In this document: positions 13,506-26,947 of the stretch, one piece after another | How the letters are laid out: the number at the start of each line of letters is the position of its first letter | Numbering within the stretch: the first letter of the stretch is position 1 | Assembly: GCA_951406725.2 (NCBI GenBank) | Contig: OX597830.1 | Location: 67,146,001-67,210,000, forward strand | Length of the DNA stretch: 64,000 bases | Reading direction: 5' to 3' | Source: Octopus vulgaris | Lineage: Eukaryota | The notes under the pieces: generated by a model | What the model was told of the DNA's origin: nothing | The model's database searches: none | The model's input: only the letters and a program-made list of their open reading frames with translations | Position numbers and translations under genes: made by a program

Positions 13506-15525
13506 TGCGATTTGTCTACTATCGTTCAAGACTTTGATGCGATGTATTTTTATTTTTATTATTGGTGTATCTCTTTGTTATCTTATTGGACTATTCCTAC
13601 TCGATACGTTGGGCAAGATCTTTCCTGACGTATACTTCGCCATTTACAAAGATGATGCCCTCGCCTTAACTGCTAATACCAATGGACCAGCACAGGATCG
13701 GTTTAGGAAGGACGTTATCTTAGCATGACTTAGCATGACTACAGACTTAGCATGACTACAGACACTTAGCATGACTACAGACACCAACCTGACGGTTGTC
13801 AATTTCCTAGGTGTATCCTTAGATCTAAATAAGAACATTTATAAGCCTTATAGGAAGCCCAACGATAGACTTAGATATGTTAATGTGGATTCTTGCCATC
13901 CCCCCCGTACTGTTTAAAAATTTAGTTAAAAACTTTAGCAAAAGATTTTCTAGCCTCTCCTCCGATAGGGACATTTTTAATAGCGTTTGAAAAGATAAAA
14001 GATATAAAAGATAGTGGTTTTGGCGAGGAAATAACCTAAACACCTGCCACCAGTCCAATAATAAAGAAGAGGAAACATAGGAATAGGAAAACTATCTGGT
14101 TCACACACCCCTACTCACCCGAGGTGAGCTTCAATATAGGCAAGTATTTCTTAGCACTGATAGACATGTTCCAGTCAACCATACTTACAGAAAGCTCTTC
14201 AATAGACATAACTTAAAAATCAGTTTCAGCTCAACTACCAATTTTAAAAATATAATCGCACACAACCCACAAAAATCACAATACAAAACCAGCTGTTCAT
14301 GCAGGGATAAAAATTTGTGCCCGCTAAATGGAGCTTGCATGACCGAGACCATCATTTATGAAGCCACCGTGGAATCTATATCCACTAAGGACACGGTTTC
14401 GACGAAGAAATACATAGGCCTTACAGAGGGTAGTTTCAAGGCCAGGTTCGATAATCACACCTTGAGCTTCAGGCACTGGGATAAAAGGAAAACGACCAAA
14501 TTATCCAGTCATATATGGTCATTAAAGGATAAAGGTGTCAGTTACAACATCCATTAGAAGATCTTAGCCAAGTTTAAACCCTACACCAACGGCAGTGGAA
14601 AGTGTGGTCTTTGTGATATGGAAAGATGGCTCATCTGGAAAAGCAGCTTAGACCCCGCTACATGTCTGAATTCAAGAATTGAACTTTTCGGATCATGCCC
14701 ATACGTGGCTCAATATTTGTTACGTTTTTGGTCCTGCCGAGATTACAGATAGGACTTGCTTTCTATATTGTGTTCACGTACAAGCTTTTTATCTCTTTAT
14801 AATTTTTACTTATATTTCTTATATATTTTTATATATATTTATAGATCTTTTATACGTATTTTTTACATATCTATAGAGATAGTTTTATAGGTTTATTGCT
14901 CATATATTTTTTACTCATAATTTTTCCTTATTCTACCTTCCACCCTGCATTTTACCTGTGCGTATATAGACGTGTATATGGAATCGTTTGTGCGTGCGTA
15001 TAGATGTGTGCGTGTGTGTTGATATGTGCATATATAGATGTGTGTGTGTGCGTGCATGCGAGTATGTGCGTATATAGACGCGTGTGTGTGTGCGTGCATA
15101 CGGGTATGTGCGTATATAGATGTGTGTACGAACCTAGTTGGTGCGCATGTGTGTATGGCGAATGGTGTGGGTGAGAATGTGTACGTTTCAAGTGAGGGTG
15201 AATGAGTGTATACTTATAGGTGCATGTGCGTGGGTGTGTGGACGCGCATGTGTAGGTATGGACATACGCGCTTACGCGAATACTATGAACATTTTACCCC
15301 CTTACTTTTACTCCCTCCCCTCACTTAGCGGTCATTCAAATAGCTCTTTTGTCTTAATAACGGTCAATCACACAGTAATTTCCCTTTGTTTAACGGTTAT
15401 TTTCATAGCATTTCTTCTGATGGGCGGATAACTGAAGAGATGGCGGCGTGGCTTTCCACCCCGACATCCGAAACTCGGATTTTTATCACGGCTAGCAAAT
15501 AATTGTCACATATTACAATTACATA
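13506..15525 (+). mobile_element. Penelope-like element remnant (RT C-terminus, GIY-YIG endonuclease, 3' terminal region)
   Basis: IYKDD, VNFLGVSLDL, CPLNGACM..IIYEATV..KKYIGLTEGSFKARF and CGLC motifs; hammerhead-like motif at 15427-15487. Confidence 0.82.
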
Positions 15526-15527
15526 GA

Positions 15528-15577
<50 letters not shown>

Positions 15578-15684
15578 TACATGCATACATGCATACATAC
15601 ATACATACATACATACATACATACATACATACATACATACATGTACATACATACATACATACATACATACATACATACATACAT

Positions 15685-16040
15685 ACATCATAGCTGCACC
15701 CTCGTTACACGAGAAAAGCCATTTCCAAAAAGACTTACTGAAATGACTCATTGTTGATGCCATGTGATGCGCTTATATGACTTTTAAGCCCAACCAAACT
15801 TTTACACATTTTATTACATACTGCACAACTGTGCTGGCTGGCAGTAGAAACAGGTGCCACCATATTCACTCTCTTAACGTGTCTTTCCAGACCTCCAGAT
15901 GAGAGGCACTCTCTTCCACATTTTACACATGTTCCGTTGTGAATTTTAATAGCCACATCACTGTTTATCATGGGTCGATTCCTGTAAGATTTTTGATGGC
16001 TCACCAGGCCTGCACGAGTCAAACACCTCTTCCCACAAAC

Positions 16041-16077
<37 letters not shown>

Positions 16078-17858
16078 CAACACTCTCTCACTTTCCACTG
16101 GTTCCCTCCTTCTAAACTCCCTTCTAATTATCTCATACTTCATTCTCTCCCCCTCGAACCTTGAACAACCATCATGCACTATCTTCTTCCATCCATCGCG
16201 GTCTTGTGCCTCCCTCTCTCAATCACCAGCTGTAATTCCTGTCTGTATTAGAGCATTCTTAAGGCAATCCTTAAATCTTAGTTTAGGCTTATGTGCTGGT
16301 CTCCTGCCGTCTTCCAGCTCACCACACAATAGCTGCTTGGGTAGTCGCTCATCACTCATCCTTACCAAATGTCTCCCGACTCCAACCTCAAAGTTTTTTA
16401 CAAAATCTTTGAATCTGTACTTCTACTGCCACTCCTCTCAAGCAGCGCCACATTACTCATGGCCATTTTTCCAGTTTATCCTCAAACCTTTTCTCAGACA
16501 GTATTCATGGTATCATTCCAATGACTTACAAGCCTACATTAAACAACCCATGCCTCACCTCACTCCCCTATAACAAAGATGGGAGGTCGCACCTGTTATA
16601 TACCTTAACTTTAATTTATATTATGTTGTTTCCACAGACGACTATCTAGTCTACCAAAAGCACTTCTAGCCCTGCTGATTCTGTATGAAATGTTATCATG
16701 AAGACCAGCAGCGCTCAAGGTACTTCCTACATAAATAAGTCTAGGTGCAGCCTCCAGCCTTTGACTATTCACAGTTATAAAAGGTTCCACATACATTTTG
16801 TGGGAGTGGGCTGGTACTTCATAACAGTTTTTTTTTAGATTGATCGTTAGACCAAATGCTGCACATGCTGCAGAAATCGCATTCACAATATGCTGCATAC
16901 CTTTCTGGGAATGTTCCAACAGGTCACAATCATCTTTCCTTTTGGCACAGAGTCTTTTGAGATTGAACAGCTTTCCTCTTGTCCTATATCTTATATAGAT
17001 GATAAACTTGCCTTCTATCTATCACTTAACAGTGATTATACGCAGCGTTACTCATGATGACAAAGTTGTCATTTTAGGTGATTTTAATGCACGCGTTGGT
17101 GCAGATTTGTAGACCTGGGGTGTCTTAGGAAAGCATAGCGTTGGGAGTTCCAACAATAATGGTTTATTACTGTTATATATGTGCGTAGAGATGGATTTGT
17201 GTATCATGAATACAATGTTTCAACGAAAGAGTAAGTGTAAAACAACATGGATGCACCCTGGTTCTAAGAAATGGTACCTTGTAGATTACATCCTCTCCAG
17301 GAAACGAGATACTAGGGGCTTTGCTATACTACGATTGATGTGTGGTGCAGAGTGCTTGATTGATCATAAGCTTTTGCGTGCCAAGGTGAATTTTGCTCTC
17401 AAGCCTAAGGTTAGAGCAAATAATGACATGTTACCTAATCGGATTGATGTCAATAAACTTAAGACTCCATCAGTACGCAATGAGTTTGTGATGGGAGTTG
17501 TGATGGAATTTGTCCTGTGGTGGAAGCTGGAAGTCATTCAAAGAAAGAGTGTACAAGATTTGTAGTAACATTCTTGGGTTTGTTGCAAAAAAGACACCGA
17601 GATTGGTTTGACTATAATGATGAAGAAGTTAGTTTTATCTTAGAGGAGAAGCAAAAGGCATTTAACATGTTGCAAAATATTGACCTGTCAGCAATCAGGA
17701 CAGTGGCTACACACTTCAAGGCAGTAAAAGCAACAGTGCAGACGAAGCTGAGGATGATGCAGGAAAATTGGTGGAGTGATATATGCAATGAAATCCAAGA
17801 AGTTTCAAATGCTAACAATTCCAAACTTTTTTACTCTCTCTCTCACTCTCTCTCTCTT

Positions 17859-17895
<37 letters not shown>

Positions 17896-19640
17896 GAAAA
17901 AAGTTTCTGGACCAGTGTCATCAAAGGTTGCGCCGCTTCGGAGCGAGGATGGTACAGAATTATTAACAAATCCTAAAGATATTGTTGGGAGATGGAAAGA
18001 ACATTTTGACGATTTGCTCAATAGACCTACTAAAGTTGACCTCTCTTTTCTTGATAATATATCTGGGAGACCAATAAAACATCTTATAGCAGAAGTTCCA
18101 AACCTGGTTGAAATAAAAGCAGCTATCAGGAAATTGAACTATAGAAATGCTCATGGCATGGATGGACTAGGTACAGAGATATATAAATATGGTGGTGATC
18201 ATCACTGTACAATGTTGACGGATGTGATTCAGAGGGTTTGGCATAGTGAAGAGGTTCCTCCGGATTGGCGTGAAGCAACTATGGAAACGATGTCTGTGAT
18301 AATTATCGCGGTATCTGTTAGCTGTTGCTGGAAAGGTCCTTTGTAGAGTAATGCTGGACAGATTGTTTCTGCACATTGCTGATGAGGTTCTACCAGAATC
18401 GCAATGTGAGTTTAGGGATAGAAGGAGTACTATGGATATGATATTTTTAGCAAGAGAAGTACATCGAACAGGATATGGACGTATACCAGATTTTCAATGA
18501 TCTAACAAAAGCGTTTGATTCTATCAATGGAATTGTACTTTGGGAGATCCTGAAAAAGCTAGGATGCCCTGAAAAATTTGTAAGAATGCTTAGACAATTT
18601 CATGACAAGACAGAAGTGAGAGCTAATGTTGGAGGTACCTTATCAGATCCAATTTCTCTATAAAATGGTGTAAAACAAGGTAATATTCCTGCTCCTGCAT
18701 TGTTTGCTATGTATTTTGCAATAGTCTTTCAAATAGCTTTTGAAGATTGCACTGAAGGGATCTATATAAGATATAGTTGAAGCATATGCAGTAATGAGTG
18801 TTGCATAGCGACCTTTTCTTAATGGAGGTGTTGAAGACATCAAACGATCAGAATTATCACATGGTAGTTCCTCAAGGTTTGAAACCAAAGTGGTTTTGAT
18901 AGTAAATCCCACTCTTGATTCTGTCTTATAGGTCTCCTCTCTACTGCTCCAAAATAAATGATACACAGCAGATTTCTCTACCAAATCCCACTTTCCATGA
19001 ATTTTTGTTTCGGCTAACTCTACAACATTCATGTCGCTGTAACTCTTTTTCAACAAGCGCGGATCTCCTCTCCGGACGAGATTTCAGACAATCATTGTCT
19101 AACATTCGAACATTCCAACATCCTATATTCAAAGGCTTGCATCTTAACCTGAATTTACTCACAGTTGCAAGATGACGACCAGATCCAGGTTGTCGTGCCC
19201 TGGGACACCTGCCGGGCCAAACCACAAAACAAAATGTTCCAGAGCCCTTTTTGTCATTTGCTTCAGTATCAATATGAACTTTCATTGTTTAGTTGTGCCT
19301 TTTTAAGTTTTGGTGGTCAACCATGTACATACAAGATGTTCATTTCCTTTTCCTCTCCAGCAATACCTGTGCCTGACACATTTTAAAACGAGGAAGAGTG
19401 TTGCACAGCAACCATTCCCACTCTCTAAACTACAATGCATGATCCAACAAGAATAATAAGTCGAGATCATTGGGTGCATTTGCAGTCGCATATTTTATAT
19501 CCGAGTGTTCTTCTCCGAGTCTTTGCTCAGCCAAAGGCTAACTACAAGACAGCAGTGAAGTATTTAGATTCAGAGTTACTTTCTCCGAGATAGACTACCT
19601 TCGCCACGACTTGCGTAAGCAGAGGAATCCTATCCAACCC
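15685..19640 (-). mobile_element. Near full-length degenerate RTE LINE with internal inversion (17001-18759 on plus) and C-terminal C2H2 fingers
   Basis: Minus: 5' UTR and APE (IGCWNVR..RPERRSALV..AYAST). Plus: GDFNARVG..DLTKAFDS..GVKQG. Minus again: IYIRYRT..FGLTINLKK..CxxC/H fingers. Confidence 0.88.
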
Positions 19641-20029
19641 TCATCTATTTATTTATAAAAGACTAAGATAAGAAAAATAAAATTAAGAATAAAATTGACA
19701 TACAATATATACAATGTAAAACACAATATACAATATGCACACAAACAGCTTGAAATACAATATATACAGTACATACAGATAGGCACACAGGTTTTAAATG
19801 CAATATTTACAATACATACACACAAACTTAAACACTCCACACGCACATCCACAAACATACGTTGTTGAATGGCCGTTGACTACGCTGTAGTTCCTCCGCC
19901 CTTTGACATGTCTTATTTTCTGTCCCGCAGGGCATCCACCAAATACCCACCTCACCAAGCAAGCCATTGTGGGGTTACCGGTTTAGTTGCCGACAACCCG
20001 ACCATATAACAGGTTGTACTACCGAAAGG

Positions 20030-20490
20030 TGTTTGATAGCATTCCCACACATGGATCCTAGAAACACTAGCCATGAACAAGGTGGCACTAATAATCATAA
20101 AATGTATAACACATTCCATAAATAAATGGCAGACCTTGCTACAGCTCCAAACAAAAGAGGGATTCATAAAAACCAAAGCCATCCCCATTAGAAGAGGAAT
20201 ATTCCAGGGAGACACGCTCTCTCCACTCCTTATATGTTTCACACTGACACCTTTATCTGACAGAACTGAAAGCGGATACAACTGTTACGGCAAAGCAATC
20301 AGCCGCCTCTTATGTATGGATGACCTAAAACTGTAGACTACAAATGATAAACACCTGGAATCAATACTACAGACAGTACATGGATTTACCAAACAAATAA
20401 ATATGAAATTTGGCTTAGAAAAATGTGCCAAAGCAACCTTGAAAAGATGGGATCTACTTAAGAGTAGCAGCATCACACTAGATAAAGCTA
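20030..20490 (+). mobile_element. R4/Dong-like RT fragment
   Basis: FDSIPH, RRGIFQGDTLSPLL, MDDLKL and MKFGLEKC motifs; same family as 11784-13503. Confidence 0.8.
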
Positions 20491-21740
20491 GAGTTCAAAT
20501 CCAGATGCAGTATTCCATTGCGAATTACAGAAGAATTTATGTGCCATATGAAAATAAGTGATTCCAGAGGTAATTGACGAGGTTACAATGGGCCAGAGGC
20601 ATGTCTATGATTGTGTTGATCGCAGTCCTAGAGAAGTTTGACAACAACCAGATAAGCTGTTTGGCGGTCTGACTGTTTTGTTTTCTGGAGAATGGAAGCA
20701 GATCTTGCGCTTGGTGCAAAGAGGTTACAGAGTCCAGATTGTTCATGCCATATTAAAACAGTCATACATTTGGAACCATGTCCAAAGCTTTCAGTTGTCT
20801 GTCAATATGAGAGTCCGAAATTCTTGCGGTGTTGACACTACTTTCGCACCCTATCTTGACCAGCTGGGGAATAGAACATTTTCTCTCAGTAAAGAAATTT
20901 GTGAATACAAAATATCTATAGTCCCACCGCATTTGATTGACTCTACAAAGCTACAGGATCTTTGTGAAGTGGTCTTCAGGGCTATTGAGGATAAATATAG
21001 AGAGGGTCTATGGATAAGCAGCAGAGCCATCATTATTCCTACAAACAAGGCTGCTGAAAAAAGTAATAAAGTTGTCATGTCAAAACTTCTACAAGGATAT
21101 AGTAGAACTTATCAAAGCTGTGATACTTTATACGAAAACGAGACTGAGTTCCCGCCGGAACTGATCAATGATCTCAACTCATCAGGATTTCCACCATACA
21201 TTTTGGTTTTGAAGAAGCACTCTTCAATTATGCTGCTCAGAAACCTTGATCCAGCAGGAGGTCACTGTAACGGAACAAGATATATGGTCGTGAATTTGCA
21301 CAACCACCTTATTGAAGCAGATGTGGCCGATGGGACACATGCTGGAATCCGAATAATGATACCACGAATTCCACTGACCACCACTGAAGACTATCCGTTC
21401 TCATTTTCCAGGAAGCAGTTTCCTCTGAAACTGGCTTTTGAAAGGACAAATCCCAAGGTCAGACTTAAGAAACAGTTGGAATTTACCCGCCAACACCTAT
21501 GTTCATCCATGGCCAGTGCTATGTTGCCAACAGCAGAATCGGTTCTGGGAACAATGAGCATATATTGGCTTTGGACTCAGAGTATAAGGGTATGAATGGA
21601 ATATACACTTACAAAGTTCTCTATTAGGAAATTCTATAAGAAAATTATAGTAGGTTTCACATTTTACTTTCAAACTACAAACAGGAGTGTAGATATGTAA
21701 GTAACTGAATCGACCGACTGGAGGGCGGTGGTTCAGCTAG
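20490..21740 (+). mobile_element. Helitron 3' remnant: PIF1-like helicase C-terminal half and 3' end
   Basis: FGG..VLFSGEWKQIL, LSVNMRV, MLLRNLDPAGGHCNGTR, IPRIPL and RKQFPLKLAF motifs (ORF 20678..21595). Hairpin followed by CTAG|T at 21705-21741. Confidence 0.85.
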
Positions 21741-21865
21741 TTTCTATAATTTTGAGATTTTATCACTTTTCATTCTGAACTCGACAAAGACAAGCTATCT
21801 GTCGAAATATCGTTCAACCAATAAAATATCGACTGCAGTCGCATCGCGCTCTTCCTCTTGACTAG

Positions 21866-22033
21866 GAAGAAGAAGAAGAAGAAGAAGAAGAAGAAGAAGA
21901 AGAAGAAGAAGAAGAAGAAGAAGAAGAAGAAGAAGAAGAAGAAGAAGAAGAGAAGAAGAAGAAGAAGAAGAAGAAGAAGAAGAAGAAGAAGAAGAAGAAG
22001 AAGAAGAAGAAGAAGAAGAAGAAGAAGAAGAAG
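21866..22033. repeat. (GAA)n microsatellite
   Basis: About 168 bp of near-perfect GAA. Confidence 0.97.
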
Positions 22034-22559
22034 ATGTCAGCTCCGCGCTGAATAACAATATGGGCGTGTTACACGGGACTCTCCATACAAATACAAATCT
22101 AATCTAATAACACCAGTGTAATAGGAAAAAGGAACCCGCGGAAGACTTGCAGGAAACGGCATTATAACGAAAATAATCACAAAAAGCGAAATTTTACTGC
22201 CATAGGAAAACAGTTTCTCCCATGTACGATGTCTCAGTGAAAGATGTGCGAAAGACACGTGCGAAATCAACGTCGAAAACTTTACAAATTATAAAATATA
22301 AGTGGAAGAAAACAGTAAATTCATAAATTGATTTAATTATGCATACACTCGAATGTCTATGCATTCGTATATTAATACCCATAGGACTACACATACACCC
22401 AATGTTTACACAACTACGTGAAATTTACAGGACACACATACAAGTATATGACAGCACGTGTCGCAAACGAAACAAAACTATAACAATACAATTTTCTTCG
22501 AACTAACACAGAGTGAATAATTCATAAGTTTTAAATAACTGCAACGAAACTATGCCCGG

Positions 22560-23420
22560 AGATAAATCTGTCAACAACAACGAAAACATACAGACGAATA
22601 CAGATCTGTTTGCCTTTAAAAGCGATGTTACGAGCAATGCTTTCATTCAGAGAACATGTTGTCTCAAAATGTTAACGCAAAACAAACAGATCCTACCTTA
22701 ATATTAACGTCCAAACGCATCATGCCTCAAAGATAACAAAGCAATATACACACCGGATCGTTCGTCACCAGAGCCAACATGGGCCGCGCACGCCAGTGAG
22801 GGACCAGACTGGGTGTGAAAAATCAGATACTGGTTCAAATCTTTCCATGACGCAGGAGCTCGAAGTGCCCCACAACCGGAATATTCCATCAAATGGCCAT
22901 CCAAGCTCGTCATCAAATAACCAAAAGAAAAAGAATGAAAAATGGTCATTGGGAGATAAATCTAATACTGAACAAACCTACCTAAACTGAAGAGAGGAGC
23001 ATCTTGAAGTAAGATCTTATATAGTAACAACCTTGCCAACGTCAGAAGAAACGAAGATGCAGGTAAAGAAGATACTACTGTGGAAATAATTACAGACTAA
23101 CCCAGGTCTGATGAAAATGCGGTAATGATAATAAGAGTCAATGTAACTTATAAGCAAAGTGAAATACTCTCTGAACCAAGCATAAACACCAAGGCAGATG
23201 AAAATCAAATAGATGAAGAAAGTCGCACAGAAATTGCCCCAACTGAACTGGAGGATCTAAGCAATGAAATCCTGATAGAATGGCTGAAAATTAAAGAAAC
23301 TGGTATGAATGAGCGTGACACTCTCCCGCAAATTCACAACTCTAACCAAAACCTGAAAGTAATTGGTAAAATCCGTCTTGCACTTAAAGATATATTCTCA
23401 GCTGAAGATGTTGACATTAC
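22560..23420 (+). mobile_element. Possible degenerate N-terminal region of an R4/Dong-like ORF
   Basis: A-rich, coding-like frames (ORF 23125..23472 part) cut by the adjacent RTE; no diagnostic motif. Confidence 0.35.
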
Positions 23421-24565
23421 ACGGGCATTGAAGTCCCCGAGTATCAGCAGCTTGCTATTCTTTAGGAACTGACCGTAGCACTTTGGTGAGGTTCTGATAG
23501 AACAATTCTCTCTGCTCCAGAGTGTAGGTCGCAGTTGGAGCTTAAGCACTGATGAGTGTCAGGTGCATCTTGCCTTGGAGAGGAGTTCTCATCACCATCA
23601 GGCGATCGCTGATTCCTCTTGAGAGGGATTCCATGTTCTTGACGAGGGCGGTGCGAATGGAAAAGCCAACTCCTACTTCCCTGCGTTCATCCGCTGCCTT
23701 CCTTGACCAAAAGAAAGTGTATCTAGCCCCAGCCTCGGTGATCTCCCCCGTGACGGCGAGGCGTGTCTCGCTGAGGGCAGCAACATCAATGCTGTATCTC
23801 TGCAGTTCACAACCCACAAGTGCTGTTCGACGTTCTGGTCTGTCACAGTTTTGGTTGTCCATGTGTGTCCTGATGCTCCAGGCTCCAACACATAAAGTAC
23901 TTTTCGGGCGGGAAGATTTTGGATTCATCTTTCGTATTTCTTTCATGTTTCGACCGAGTGGTATATGACCAGTTAGCGGCGGTATGCTGGAAGGATGAGA
24001 TGAGGCAAGCTTTCTTTAGGTCACCTTTTCTAGACCCTTCCCCCTAAGGGGGCGAGCAGTGATATCCCTGAAGAGGGCTGCTCCGTCGTCAGAGTGGCTG
24101 CCGAACTATGCCCTTGCCCCAGTAGGTTGCAGAACGACAACCCGAGTGTAGGTACATGGCTAGCAGCTCCCAGCGCTATCCTGCACCTGCCACAACCACC
24201 ACGCGCCCATCGCCTCAGGACTTGGAAGAAGAAGAAGTAGAGGAGGTGGAGTCACTGAATCCTGGGCAAGGGAACTGTGGAGGCCTTGAGTTGCGCAAGC
24301 CCACCCCACCCCCTCTCGGTCCAGCTGATCTAGCCAGGAGGGACGCAGGACGATACATCCTAGCCACGACTGGACTGCAGGCGCTGCTGGAGATGATGGA
24401 CTTCATTACCTAACCGCCTTAGGGGCGCCACTTCGGCTTTGGATACGGTTTACTCCCTAGCCTTTGATTAACCAAAAAAACCTACCCGCAAGGCAGCAGG
24501 AGACTCTTGGAGAGCGGGAACGTCTCACTACCCGTACAGGACCAGAAGGACCTGCCCACTGCCTA
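23420..24565 (-). mobile_element. RTE LINE 5' part (5' UTR and APE endonuclease)
   Basis: VGAWSIRT, RPERRTALV, AALSETR, VGVGFSI and LILGDFNARV motifs. Confidence 0.85.
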
Positions 24566-24857
24566 AACGATATATACAATTTAAAAAAGAAAGAACTCAG
24601 TATATACAATACATACACACAGGGAGTCCAAAATTCAACACACACACAAACACCCCACAAACACACATAGTTGAATGGCCGTTGACTACGTTGTAGTTCC
24701 TCCACTCTTTTACAGGTCTTACTTTTTTGTCCCGTAGGGTGTTCAACAAGCACCGACCTTACCAAGCAAGCCTGGTGGAGTTGGCAGTTTAGTCGCCGAC
24801 GACCCGACCATGGAACGTGTGGTACTGGGCTACATGGTACCTGTAGCACTCGAGAGC

Positions 24858-25962
24858 CATGCTCTTCCGCGCCCTATCAAAGTCTGATGCTGGTGTCACT
24901 ATTCGCTACAGATGTGACGGCCGATTCTTTGACCTCAGACGTCTGAAGGCAAAAACCAAAGTCCTGGGCGCCGTAGTGAGAGACTTCCTGTTTGCAGACG
25001 ATTGTGCGCTTGCAGCATTGAATGAACCAGACCTGCTGCAAGAACTTGACACTTGTCTCGCAGAAGCAGCAAAAGCCTTCGGACTGACCTTTAGCCTGCG
25101 AAACACTGAAATGATGCTTCAGCCTGCACCTGGCATGACACCTCCTGAGTCTCAGATTAGATTGAGGGCACAACCCTGAACAACGTGGAGAGCTTTACAT
25201 ACCTGGGAAGCTGTCTGTCCTCAAGCTGCAGCATGGACAAACATGTCTCCATGAGGCTTGCAAAAGCAGGAGCTTCGTTTGGCAGACTTTGGACATGTGT
25301 GTGGGCCGAACGAAGCGTTAGACTTTCCACCAAGCTGGCAGTCTATACGGCAGTCGTCATCACCTCTCTGCTCTACGGCTGTGGGACATGGATGCTGTAT
25401 AGGAGGCAAATGCGAGTACTTGACTAGTTCCATCTCTGCTGCTTGCGACGAATCATGTGAATTTCCTGGGAGGACAGAGTCTCCAACACTGAGGTGCTTT
25501 GCAGAGCCTAAATGCCCGGGATCGAAGCCCTCATCATGAAGGCCCAACTCCAGTGGGTCGGACATGTAGTCCGAATGGACGATGCGCATCTACCAAAGAT
25601 GATCTTCTTCTCTGAGCTGGCTTCTGGAGTAAGAAACCCTGGAAGGCCACTGGGGCGATACAAGGACAGTCTGAAAACTTCCCTTGAGGCCTGCGGCATT
25701 TCAGCTCGTGGCTAAGAATCGCTTGCCTCTGACCGCAGCACCTGGCGTCCAGCTGTCCAAAAGGGTGTTAGGCTGCTCGAGGAAAAGCGCCTCAAGAGCC
25801 TGGACCAGAAGCGACAAGCCCGAAAAGAGAGGATCTCCAATCCTACTTCTGCTGTTACGTGCCCAACATGTGGCCACGTCTGCGCGTCCGCCTTTGGGTT
25901 CCGCTCTCACCTCTGGCGTCACTGATGTCACTGTCAAACCCCAACAGACTTCCATCATATCA
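24858..25962 (+). mobile_element. RTE LINE 3' part (RT C-terminus and single C2H2-like finger)
   Basis: IRYRCDG, FLFADDCAL, FTYLGS, LLYGC, QLQWVGHVVRM and CPTCGHVCASAFGFRSH motifs. Confidence 0.87.
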
Positions 25963-26947
25963 TGAGGGGCTGTATGAATGTATGTTGGTCTGTGTGCATA
26001 TTGTGTATGGGTGGGGGTGCTATGTGTGCATATTATATGAGATTATATGCTCTGTTTGTTGGTGTGTATGTGTTTTAGGTGTGTATGTTTGTTATGTGTA
26101 TTGGTATGCGTGTACAGTTTGTGTGTGTGTATGCTATGTGCGTCCGTTGTGTGCATATTATGTGAGTGTGTATGCTCTGTTTGTTGGTTAATGTGTATAT
26201 TTTGTGGAGGTGTTTATGGTATGTGTGTTGCTGTGTTTCTATATTGTTTGCGTGTGTGTGTGTATTATGTGGGAGTGTGTGCTATGTGAGTTGGTCTGTG
26301 TGTATATTATTTGGGGTGGGGTGCTATGTGAGTTGGTGTGTGTATATATTTTGAAGGGGTGTATGCTATGTGTGTTGGTGCGTGTGTACATTTTGTGGGA
26401 AGTGTGTGTTTGTGGGGGGAATTACAACCGTGTTTCGTTGTCTGCTACCACAACAGCTCCTTTATAGGATCCAGTTAGCTCAAGACATCATCAGGAGGAA
26501 CCACGTCCGGTTTCGGCCCCTACTCTCTACTGTTTTGACGTGGAGGGGCCCGGCCCCTTTCGGATGTGTCTCCTTTCTTTTGTTTCCTGGCCTCTTCGAT
26601 GTATCGTCAGCGAGTGCCAGCCGGTCACTGACTAACTTGTCAAATTTTCCCCTTTAAATACCTGCCGCCAGTCTCCAGCTTGCAGCCCCAGCAAGTTGTC
26701 ACGTGACACTGTCTCACCTTAACTGACTAGTGAAGGCGCGTAGTCTTAGCCCTCGCATTCTCTAAACGACCGTCACCTGTCATTCAGCGAAGCTGATTCA
26801 GTGTCAGCTTGTCTCGCCTAGTGATGTTATTTCCTGCCGGCATGTTATGACTTTCAAGCCATTTTCGGTCTTCCCGCTTCAGCCATAGATAGAAGCTGGC
26901 TTTTTCCACCGCCTACTGTACTCTTCTTATTAGTTTTCTATTACATT

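Noticed and set aside
20678-21595. Host PIF1 helicase gene
   Set aside because: Intronless, truncated, frameshifted and followed by a Helitron hairpin-CTAG end.
26420-26500. Further hammerhead-like motif on minus (CTGATGA...GAAAC)
   Set aside because: Stem II is plausible but no convincing stem I or III was found.
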